Origin: Macrostomum hystrix | Taxonomy: Eukaryota > Animalia > Platyhelminthes | NCBI GenBank assembly: GCA_950097015.1 | Contig: CATNEN010000031.1 | Span: forward strand, 2,852,001-2,916,000 | Direction of reading: 5' to 3' | DNA length: 64,000 nt | Shown: in pieces, positions 45,019-56,169 of the stretch | How positions within the stretch are numbered: position 1 is the stretch's first letter | Layout of the letters: each line of letters starts with the position of its first letter | Translations under genes and position numbers: made by a program | The notes under the pieces: model-generated | What the model was told of the DNA's origin: nothing | The model's input: only the letters and a program-made list of their open reading frames with translations | The model's database searches: none

Positions 45019-48000
45019 ATGGCGTCGAATCCCAGCAGAACAAGTGGCGGCGGAAAATCACAGCCGAAGCCGAAGCAGCCAAAGCCACAACCTCAGCAGC
45101 AGCAGCAGCAGCAAGAGCAGGAGTTAGATCCTGAACAGGCGCGACTGCAACTGCTGGATGCGTACAGGTACTGGACATTTCGGACAAGCGAGCAACTACA
45201 AACTAACCTGCCGAACTATCAAACTACCCTACCAATCTCAACCAATGCCTACCTACCAACCTATTAACTACCAACTACCAACCTACCAATCGACCTACCA
45301 ACCTACTAACCTACCTACAACCTACCAATTGAACTACCAACCTACCAATCGACCTACAAACCTACCAATCGACCTACCAACCTACTAACCCACCTACCAA
45401 CCTACCAATTGAACTACCAACCTAATAATCGACCTACACAACAAGGTCCGGCAAGCGGGACCTGCTGCGCCGGCTGTTGGCTCGCGCAGGTCTCTACGCC
45501 ACAGTTGACGGCAACAAGACAATCGCCGATCTGGCAGCCGAAGAAGGCGACGGCGAGACACTCAAAGCGCTGAAGTCCGCCGGCATGGATTTTGACAGAC
45601 GAAACAACGACGGCCTGACGCCGTTTCACTACGCAATGCGCCGCGGCCGCGCCAACACGCTTGCGCTATTGCGCCGTCTCGGCGCCAGCGTCGACCTGCC
45701 GATGCCAGCCGTGCTGGGCGCTGGCATGGGCGACTACCCGCTGCATGCCGCCTGCGCCGGCGGTGACGCCCGTCTGCTCGATGTGCTGCTAGGTTTGTCG
45801 TGGGATTTAGAATCCTAGGGATTTAGAATCCTAGGGATTTAGAATCCTAGGGATTTAGAATCCTAGGGATTTAGAATCCTAGGGATTTAGAATCCTAGGG
45901 ATTTAGAATCCTAGGGATTTAGAATCCTAGGGATTTAGAATCCTAGGGATTTAGAATCCTAGGGATTTAGAATCCTAGGGATTTAGAATCCTAGGGATTT
46001 AGAATCCTAGGGATTTAGAATCCTAGGGATTTAGAATCCTAGGGATTTAGAATCCTAGGGATTTAGAATCCTAGGGATTTAGAATCCTAGGGATTTAGAA
46101 TCCTAGGGATTTAGAATCCTAGGGATTTAGAATCCTAGGGATTTAGAATCCTAGGGATTTAGAATCCTAGGGATTTAGAATCCTAGGGATTTAGAATCCT
46201 AGGGATTTAGAATCCTAGGGATTTAGAATCCTAGGGATTTAGAATCCTAGGGATTTAGAATCCTAGGGATTTAGAATCCTAGGGATTTATAATCCTAGGG
46301 ATTTATAATCCTAGGGATTTAGAATCCTAGGGATTTAGATTCCTAGGGATTTAGAATCCTAGGGATTTAGAATCCTAGGGATTTAGAATCCTTAACAGGT
46401 GGATTCGCTGTGTTCCGCAGACCAATGTGGCGCGAATCCCGATGTGCTCGACGCCCAGGGGAACTCGCCCCTGCACCGCGCCTGCCTGGAGGACAACGCC
46501 GCCGCTGTTCGCGCCCTGCTTCCGCGCCTGCAGCCAGCCCTGCTGAACCTTCGAGGACACGACGGCCGCACCGCCCTGCACATCGCGGTGCTGAACCAGA
46601 GCCGCCTCATTGTCTACCTGCTGCTATCGCGCGGCGCTCTAGTCGATGTACCCGCAGAGAACGGTAAAACCGTCATCGACCTGATCCTGCAGACCAGCAA
46701 TCCGGTCCTGCTGAATGACTTCGCCAGGTTCTACACTGTTCGCATGACCGACGGCGCGCCAGTCTCGGACCTCGCCAGCCTCTGCAGCCAGCCGCAATTC
46801 CTTCGCTACCTGGAATTCCTGTCTAACGTTGACAACGAGTTCAGCCTCTGCAGCCTGGAGTACCGCCCGGTCGGATCCGCCGAGATGGCAGCGCTGCGAG
46901 CCAAGCTTCGCGACGATGACCGCATCGATGTGGTAGAATTCAAAGAGGTCATCCTGCGACTGCTGCAGACCGAGGAGATCCACTCGCTGTGCCTGGACTA
47001 TGATACCCTGGTCAAGGTGGTGGAGAACATCGTGCACTATGTACTGTTCAGGGAGGACGCGGATCTCCTGGAGAGAATCATGCAGTGCGGCCCACTCTGG
47101 TCACGCATCGCTCCCCTGCTGCAGGAAAACCTCGACTCGCTCTATCTGCAGACTCCGGAGCGAGAGGTCAACGGCATCATCGCCCACTTTAGGGCTAATT
47201 TTGTGCGCAACGGCCGAGTGATGCACGACCGATTGGCCGGGTACTACGGCCGCAAGCTGGCCTGCTTTGGCCTGCCTGCCTGCCCGAGTCAGACCGGACC
47301 TGGCCAGCTGCCAGTTGCGCCCTACATGCGCCACCCGATGCACAGCCTGACCGTCTGGTCCGTCCTGTCTGGCCGGCTTCGCCTAATTCAACTGCTGCTG
47401 CGTCAGGAGCGATTCGATGTCGTGCCGCTGGCCCTGTTCTGCGCCGGACTGCTGCGCACGTTCCCGGACAATCAGGAGCTGGCCGTTGAGGCGGAGGAAA
47501 TTGAACACCTGGCACTCACCTGCGAGAGGTTCGCTCGAAAGGTGAGATCATGAAATTTGATTCGAGCGCCACTGCTTGCTTCTTCAAATCCGAATCCTCA
47601 ATCCTCACCCAGAATCCGAATCCTCAATCCTCACTAAGAATCCCTATCATCAATCCTCACCCAGAATCCAAATCCTCAATCCTCACCCAGAATCCAAATC
47701 CTCAATCCTCACCCAGAATCCGAATCCTCAATCCTTACCCAGAACCTGAATCCTCAATCCTCACCAAGAATCCGAATCCTCAATCCTCACCCAGAATCCA
47801 AATCCTCAATCCTCACTAAGAATCCCTATCCTCAATCCTCACCCAGAATCCGAATCCTCAATCCTCACTAACAATCCCTATCCTCAATCCTCACCAAGAA
47901 TCCAAATCCTCAATCCTCACTAACAATCCCTATCATCAATCCTCACCCAGAATCCCTATCCTCAATCCTCACCCAGAATCCAAATCCTCAATCCTCACCC

Positions 48001-51000
48001 AGAATCCGAATCCTCAATCCTCACCCAGAATCCCTATCCTCAATCCTCACCAAGAATCCCTATCCTCAATCCTCACCCAGAATCCAAATCCTCAATCCTC
48101 ATCAAGAATCCCTATCCTCAATCCTCACCCAGAATCCGAATCCTCAATCCTTACTAAGAATCCCTAGCCTCAATCCTCACCAAGAATCCGAATCCTCAAT
48201 CCTCACCCAGAATCCAAAACCTCAATCCTCAACCATAAACCCAAACCTAAATTATCACCCAGAATTTTAAATCCTCAATCCTTAACAAGAATCCAAATCT
48301 TCAATCCTCACTCAGAATCCAAATCCCCAATCGTTACCAAGAATCCCAGTCCTCAATCCTCACTCAGAAACAATCCTTAATCCTCACTCAAAAATCTCAA
48401 ACTCAATTTGCACTTTGGATGCCAAACCTCATTTCAAAATGACCTCAAATTGATTCCAAATCCTAAATCACTAAATTCGATTTCGGTACATCAGTTCCTC
48501 CCTAAAAATCCTTACCCTCCTCCATTCGCGAATTCTGAAACATTCAAGTCCACTCAAAATCGCAGGTGACAGAGAAGGTGAACTCAATCGACACCTCCTA
48601 CGGCCGGTCGGTCAGCTCCGACTACCTGCTTCGGCCGCTGGAAGCCTACGGCGGCGTCACCTGCATCCGGCTGGCCGCTGGCAACGGCTGCGCCGACTTC
48701 CTGCAGAGCGAGGTCTGCCAGCGCGCCCTGGACAGGCAGTGGTACCGCAGCCTGCACCCGATGCCCCCCGGCCTGAGGGAGATGCTCATCTGGATGGGCG
48801 CCGTTCCGTTCAACGTGTTCGCCCCGCTGCTGCTGCTGTACTTCGAAGAGACTGAGGCCTTGGCGGCTAGGCGGCACGAGGAGCGATCCTTTGTGGGATC
48901 TGACAATGGGACTCAGGTGATAAGAGAATGGGATTCAAGCTCTGAAATCTAGGGATTTCGATTCCGAATATTAGGGATTTCTAATCAGAATCCGGGGGAT
49001 TTCTAATCAGAATCCGAGGGATTTCTATTCAGAATCCGAGGGATTTCTAATCAGAATCCGAGGGATTTCTATTCATAATCCAAGGGATTTCTATTCAGAA
49101 TCCAAGGGATTTCTATTCAGAATCCAAGGGATTTCTATTCAGAATCCAAGGGATTTCTATTCAGAATCCAAGGGATTTCTAATTAGAATCCAAGGAATTA
49201 TGATTCAGTACTAATTTTCAACATCCAACAGACAGTCACCAAGTTTCGTCTGACGCTGCCAATCGTTGCCAAAAGATCTGACACAGTTGATAGAAAATCA
49301 CTCGACTTTGATTCGTCGATGGAGGCTGCCGAAAATATGCGCCGAGCAAAATCAATCGATAATCAGCAGCAGCAGCGGCAAGAACAGCCAGAGTCTGTGC
49401 AGCTGCTTGCAGTTGAGGCCAGGGCCAATCCCATCTCGACCCCTAACACGGACAGCGAGCCGCAGTCTCTGATTCGCCCGCTGTCTGAGCCCGGCGGTCG
49501 CAGCGGATTGGTCCGGCGGTTCGGTCGGTTTTTCCAGCTAATTGACGAATTTTATTCTGTGCCGGCTGTGAAATTTCATTATCACGTGGCTTCTCACCTG
49601 CTGTTGGTCCTACTGCTGTCTTACCTGTTGCTGGTTGACTTCAAGTACGCATTGAGCTTCAAAGAGGGCCTAGCCTACGCCATCCTGTTCGGTTTCCTGC
49701 TCGAGGAGGCTGTCCAGGTGATGCAGAGCGTCCACGTTCGCGACTTTCGCAGCTACTTTCGCACCAAATGGAATCTGATTGACTTGGCCGGACTGGCTTC
49801 CGGCAGTGTGGGCTTCGGACTGAGAGCTGTGCGCCTGGGAGCCGCCGAGACCGACTGGTCCGAGCCGGCCAGGGACTTTGATGACAACCTGTGGTATTTA
49901 TCCAGGGTCATGCTCAGTGAGTGCTTCGGCTGCTCTGAGTGCTTGGGAAAGGACTAGGGAAACCAAGGACTAGGGAAACCATGGACAAGGGAAACCATGG
50001 ACAAGGGAAACCAAGGACTAGGGAAACCCAGGACTAGGGAAACCATGGACTATCAAATCCAAGGACTAAGAAACCATGGACTGTCTAATCCAAGGACTAA
50101 GAAACCATGGACTGTCTAATCCAAGGACTAATAAACCCAAGGACAATCAAATCCAAGGACTAAGGAAACCAAGGACTATCAAATCCAATGACTATCGAAT
50201 CCAAGGACTAAGGAAACCAAGGACTATCGAATCCAAGGACTAAGGAAACCAAGGACTATCAAATCCAATGACTATCGAATCCAAGGACTAAGGAAACCAA
50301 GGACTATCGAATCCAAGGACTAAGGAAACCAAGGACTATCAAATCCAAGGACTATCGAATCCAAGGACTAAGGAGCCCGAGGACTATCGAATCCAAGGAC
50401 TAAGGAAACCAAGGACTATCAAATCCAAGGACTATCGAATCCAAGGACTAAGGAGCCCGAGGACTATCGAATCCAAGGACTAAGGAAACCAAGGACTATC
50501 AAATCCAAGGACTATCGAATCCAAGGACTAGGGAAACCAAGTAATTGGGAATCCAAATAGTAAGGGTCATTTGGGACGCACAAAGCCGCACTCCATACCC
50601 CTGCACCACCCAGCCACCCACTCGCCAATCACAGCGCAGCAGGGGGATGGCTGCCCGGATTGGCAGCCAATCAGCGTGCAGTAAACAAGCGATTTAACAA
50701 CGGGGGTTAAGTGACGCCAAGCAGAAAATGAGGCTACGCAATACACATGAAATGAATTACATGAAAGAATAGAATTACAAATTATAAGTGAGATAACTTT
50801 CAAGAAAGTTGCATCCAGATTGAATGGCAGTTGTACTCTACCATAATCTGCGCAGGCATCTGTTGCATGCTGTACTGGATTCGACTGCTGTACGTGTCTA
50901 CAGTGCTAGAGAATCTGGGACCGAAGCTCAAAATGATTGCCACCATGATCACCAAGGACTTGCTACCATTCCTGCTAATTCTGTTCATCTTCATCTTTGG

Positions 51001-52731
51001 CTTCGGCGTGCTCATCCACAGCCTGCTCTATCCCAACGGCTACAAGGCGTGGAATCCCAATAAGCTGAGCAAGGTGCAAGTGCTTCTCAAAATGCTCAAA
51101 GTCTGTTTCTACAGCATGGTCGGCGAGTACAGTCTGGACATTCTGATGGGCGACGAGGTCTGCGAGCAGCTGTACGCCAACGGCACGGCGAATGATGAGA
51201 GCTGTCCGCATCCGTTTGGCAGGTGCGGCGGGCTCGGGGAAGCTGGCTTCGTTTGAGGATTGGATTCCATTAGGTAGAGGTTTGGATTCCATTAGGTAGA
51301 GGTTTGGATTCCATTAGGTAGAGGTTTGGATTCCATTAGGTTGAGGATTGTATTCCATTAGGTTGAGGATTGGATTCCATTAGGTTGAGGATTGGATTCC
51401 ATTAGGTTGAGGATTGGATTCCATTAGGTTGAGGATTGGATTCCATTAGGTTGAGGATTGGATTCCATTAGGTTGAGGATTGGATTCCATTAGGTAGAGG
51501 TTTGGATTCCATTAGGTTGAGGATTGGATTCCATTAGGTTGAGGATTGGATTCCATTAGGTTGAGGATTGGATTCCATTAGGTTGGGGATTGGATTCCAT
51601 TAGGTTGAGGATTGGATTCCATTAGGTTGAGGATTGGATTCCATTAGGTTGGGGATTGGATTCCATTAGGTTGAGGATTGGATTCCATTCGACCGAGTGT
51701 TGGGTTCCGCAGGTTTGAAGGATTGGGTTTCACAGGGTCAAGAAATAGAATTTAGTCGCTATGGCTATCCAGCCGTATGTGCTTTATCTACTAAAGAGTT
51801 TGGACTCACCGCAGATATCTGGTGCCTTATGTGGTCCTACCGCTGTACGTGATTGTGACCGAGATCCTGCTGCTGAATCTCATCATCGCCATATTCAGCA
51901 AGACGGTGGAGACCATCGACTCGCGCAGCAAGGGCCTCTGGCAGTTCGAGCGGCACGACCTCATCGAGGAATTCGAGGGCCGCTCCGGCCTGCCGCCACC
52001 TCTGAACGCTCTGGATTTGGCGCGCCGGCTGCTCGTACGGCTGGCCAAGCGGCTGTGCTCCAGGGCTGACCGCCCCGGCACCTTCAGCCGCTTCAGCCAG
52101 AAATTGGTGCTGCAGTTCCTGCTGTTTCAGGTGACACGGCCTGACTGCATGTCACCAACTGAACACTCAGATTCGAAGTCTCTCCAAATATCTCTCCTTT
52201 CACCGGCCACTCTTCCTCTTCCCCTTCACTTTCTGGCCATTTTCTCCTCCCACTATCCCTCTTTCCCTCCCTTTTCGTCTCTTCCCCTTTGCTGCCCTAT
52301 TCTTCAACTCCCCTATCTCTTTTTCTACCCTCTCTCTTTATTTTAGTCTGTTCTCATTTACTCAATCCATTTCCATCGCTTCTTCGCAACCTCTCTGCCA
52401 ATACAGCATTCCTTCTACTTTATCACCTCCTCCAATATTTAGCTCACTCCTGATTTAAACTCTCCTGCTTAACCAGGCGTTCGGCCTACGCAACAGTCGC
52501 GCCATTTTAATGCGCCTGTCGCTGCCCAAGCAGGAGACTGAAACCGATGAGATGCTGCAGCGAGTGCGTGAAATTGTCGAGGACGCCATGGACCGGGTTG
52601 GCTGCGGCTTGCAGGACCGGGTGGCGCCACCAATCTACCGCAACACCCTGCTGGAAGCCCGGCCAGCGGCAGCCCACAGCTCTGGGGACACTGGCCGAAG
52701 TCAGCCTGGAGGCGACGGCAGCTCTCACTAA
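45019..52731 (+). CDS. TRP cation channel: ~6 N-terminal ankyrin repeats, TRPM-type MHR3/4-like region, 6TM and TRP helix; 8 exons, ~1196 aa
   Basis: Exons 45019-45167, 45446-45792, 46421-47541, 48566-48916, 49232-49916, 50856-51222, 51815-52130 and 52477-52731, GT-AG, total 3591 nt. ANK motifs GLTPFHYA, GNSPLHRA, GRTALHIA. TRPM-like motifs LTVWSVL, LLRPLEAYGGVTCIRLA, LGPKLKMI, LLNLIIAIF, WQFERHDLIEEF..LPPPLN. Confidence 0.88.
45230..45440. repeat. ACCTACCAA-type low-complexity repeat in TRP intron 1
   Basis: Direct periodicity. Confidence 0.85.
45800..46391. repeat. 16-bp quasi-palindromic minisatellite (GGATT-TAG-AATCC-TAG), ~37 copies, TRP intron 2
   Basis: Near-perfect periodicity. Confidence 0.97.
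47590..48400. repeat. AATCC-rich ~26-bp minisatellite, TRP intron 3
   Basis: CCAGAATCCGAATCCTCAATCCTCAC and variants. Confidence 0.9.
48950..49200. repeat. 22-bp minisatellite (AGGGATTTCTATTCAGAATCCA), TRP intron 4
   Basis: Direct periodicity. Confidence 0.9.
49950..50540. repeat. CCAAGGACT-based composite minisatellite, TRP intron 5
   Basis: Alternating CCAAGGACTAAGGAAA and CCAAGGACTATCGAAT units. Confidence 0.9.
51255..51690. repeat. 22-bp minisatellite (GGATTGGATTCCATTAGGTTGA), TRP intron 6
   Basis: Direct periodicity. Confidence 0.93.
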
Positions 52732-52764
52732 CATTTTTACAGTAACGTGCGCACGTGCGCACCC

Positions 52765-53290
52765 TAGTTAAATGGGGTGTTGGTCAGTGTGTGATGTGCA
52801 CACCCCTCTGTCCTTCCCAGTTAAATGGGGTGTTGGTCAGTGTGTGATGTGCGCACCCCTCTGTCCTTACAGTTAAATGAGGTGTTGGTCAGTGTGTGAT
52901 GTGCGCACCCCTCTGTCCTTACAGTTAAATGAGGTGTTGGTCAGTGTGTGATGTGCACACCCCTCTGTCCTTACAGTTAAATGAGGTGTTGGTCAGTGTG
53001 TGATTTGCGCGCATCTCTGTCCCTCCCAGTTAAATGAGGTGTTGGTCAGTGTGTGATGTGCACGCCTCTCTGTCCCTCCCAGTTAAATGAGGTGTTGGTC
53101 AGTGTGTGATTTGCGCGCATCTCTGTCCCTCCCAGTTAAATGAGGTGTTGGTCAGTGTGTGATGTGCGCGCATCTCTGTCCCTCCCAGTTAAATGAGATG
53201 TTGGTCAGTGTGTGATATGCGCGCATCTCTGTCCCTCCCAGTTAAATGAGTGTTGGTCAGTGTGTGATGTGCGCGCATCTCTGTCCCTCC
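52765..53290. repeat. ~52-54-bp tandem repeat just downstream of the TRP stop
   Basis: CAGTTAAATGAGGTGTTGGTCAGTGTGTGATGTGC.. about 10 copies. Confidence 0.92.
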
Positions 53291-54134
53291 CTGTTTAATC
53301 ATGTGTTTGTTAGGGCTTTTGTCCATCGAATTTTACTAGCCGGGCTGATTAAGGGTCGGCGTGTGTTCCTTTCTGCCTCCTTAATTTTTTATGTGACCTG
53401 AAGCCCCTGTTTAACGAATGAATTTATTTTAGGTCGGGAGTACTTGATTAAACTGGTGCAAATTAATCGTACACATTAACCATTATTTATGCGCGTAAGT
53501 CTCTAAACTCGTAGCATTTCTTTACCACCGCAACACATTTTAGCCATTCATGCTGCGCTTTGCCAACGATTATCCTTCTTTTAGTCTCTGTTTCTGAACA
53601 AACCTGGCCTATGCTACTCGGCTAGCAGTATTCGAGTCACTAATTAACGCGTGCTTAATAATTTTGTTTATATAAAAATATTTCTAAGCCCTTGAATTTC
53701 CATATCGGCTCCACAGCTTTTTCTGTGTTTTTCAACATAATTTTACCTGCTATTCGAGTAATTGTGTATGTAACTTATGGCTAGTATGTGATCAGTGTAC
53801 TACGCCACCTTTTAAAGTCACGTGACTACCACTGTACGCACATGCTAAATCAACCTAATGCGGCATTTACACTTCGTTAATACTCTGTTGTAGTGCAATT
53901 TATTTCATTTCCTAAAGATGCACATCGTTTTGATTGACAAGCCTGTTTAACATTTTTATTGCTTTAGCCGAACTCAGCCAAAAATACTACCCGATAAAAA
54001 ATAATATATTCCGCTGTATACCATTCCGCTTTAAGCTTCTATGAGTATGTGCTAAATGTGCTGAAAGCTTTAGAATTGACTGATTTCTGGTTTCATAAAA
54101 ATACCCGGGGCATGCCAGAGAAAAGTGAAGAGAA

Positions 54135-55940
54135 GGGTGTGGTTCCAGCCAACACTGAGAACCGTAGAAGAGAAGGATATGGTTCCAGCCAACACTGAGA
54201 ACCATAGAAGAGAAGGATATGGTTCCAGCCACGACTGAGGACCATAGAAGAGAAGGATATAGTTCCAGCCAACACTGAGGACCATAGAAGAGAAAGATAT
54301 GGTTCCAGCCAACACTGAGAACCATAGAAGAGAAGGATATGGTTCCAGCCAACACTGAGAACCATAGAAGAGAAGGATATGGTTCCAGCCACGACTGAGG
54401 ACCATAGAAGAGAAGGATATAGTTCCAGCCAACACTGAGGACCATAGAAGAGAAGGATATGGTTCCAGCCACGACTGAGGACCATAGAAGAGAAAGATAT
54501 GGTTCCAGCCAACACTGAGGACCATAGAAGAGAAAGATATGGTTCCAGCCAACACTGAGGACCATAGAAGAGAAGGATATGGTTCCAGCCAACACTGAGG
54601 ACTATAGAAGAGAAGGATATGGTTCCAGCCAACACTGAGGACCATAGAAGAGAAGGATATAGTTCCAGCCAACACTGAGGACCATAGAAGAGAAGGATAT
54701 GGTTCCAGCCAACACTGAGAACCATAGAAGAGAAAGATATGGTTCCAGCCACGACTGAGGACCATAGAAGAGAAGGATATAGTTCCAGCCAACACTGAGG
54801 ACCATAAAAGAGAAGGATATAGTTCCAGCCAACACTGAGGACCATAAAAGAGAATGATATGGTTCCAGCCACGACTGAGGACCATAGAAGAGAAAGATAT
54901 GGTTCCAGCGAACACTGAGGACCATAGAAGAGAAGGATATGGTTCCAGCCACGACTGAGGACCATAGAAGAGAAGGATATAGTTCCAGCCAACACTGAGG
55001 ACCATAAAAGAGAATGATATGGTTCCAGCCACGACTGAGGACCATAGAAGAGAAAGATATGGTTCCAGCCAACACTGAGAACCATAGAAGAGAAAGATAT
55101 GGTTCCAGCCAACACTGAGGACTATAGAAGAGAAGGATATGGTTCCAGCCAACACTGAGGACTATAGAAGAGAAGGATATGGTTCCAGCCAACACTGAGG
55201 ACCATAGAAGAGAAGGATATGGTTCTAGCCAACACTGAGGACCATAGAAGAGAAGGATATGGTTCCAGCCAACACTGAGAACCATAGAAGAGAAAGATAT
55301 GGTTCCAGCCAACACTGAGAACCATAGAAGAGAAGGATATGGTTCCAGCCACGACTGAGGACCATAGAAGAGAAGGATATAGTTCCAGCCAACACTGAGG
55401 ACCATAAAAGAGAATGATATGGTTCCAGCGAACACTGAGGACCATAGAAGAGAAGGATATGGTTCCAGCCACGACTGAGGACCATAGAAGAGAAGGATAT
55501 AGTTCCAGCCAACACTGAGGACCATAAAAGAGAATGATATGGTTCCAGCCACGACTGAGGACCATAGAAGAGAAAGATATGGTTCCAGCCAACACTGAGA
55601 ACCATAGAAGAGAAAGATATGGTTCCAGCCAACACTGAGGACTATAGAAGAGAAGGATATGGTTCCAGCCACGACTGAGGACCATAGAAGAGAAAGATAT
55701 GGTTCCAGCCAACACTGAGAACCATAGAAGAGAAAGATATGGTTCCAGCCAACACTGAGGACTATAGAAGAGAAAGATATGGTTCCAGCCAACACTGAGG
55801 ACTATAGAAGAGAAGGATATGGTTCCAACCACGACTGAGGACCATCGAAGAGAAAGATATGGTTCCAGCCAACACTGAGGACCATAGAAGAGAAGGATAT
55901 GGTTCCAGCCAACACTGAGGACCATAGAAGAGAGGGATAT
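54135..55940. repeat. 40-bp minisatellite (GGTTCCAGCCAACACTGAGGACCATAGAAGAGAAGGATAT), ~45 copies
   Basis: Direct periodicity. Confidence 0.97.
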
Positions 55941-56169
55941 CGCATAAGTCAAGACTTGGTACGTTAAAATAATTTTTAGCTGTTAATTCAGCAAAAGCAC
56001 GCACCAAAGTTGGAATGCCGAATTGTATTTAGTAAAAACTCTAGATAACTTATCAATAATAGTAAATGTGAAGGTGCAAGACATACAGTAGATTCACAAG
56101 TAAGGCAAATAGAGCGAAATAAACAATTTACTGTTGCATCAGCGACTTCAGGTGGTTATTAAAAAGCAA

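Noticed and set aside
45800-46391. CRISPR-like palindromic repeat array
   Set aside because: No unique spacers and no cas genes; eukaryotic intronic context.
53987-55952. Hydrophobic repeat ORFs that look like membrane proteins
   Set aside because: A 40-bp unit (not a multiple of 3) read in all three frames. This is a tandem-repeat artefact.
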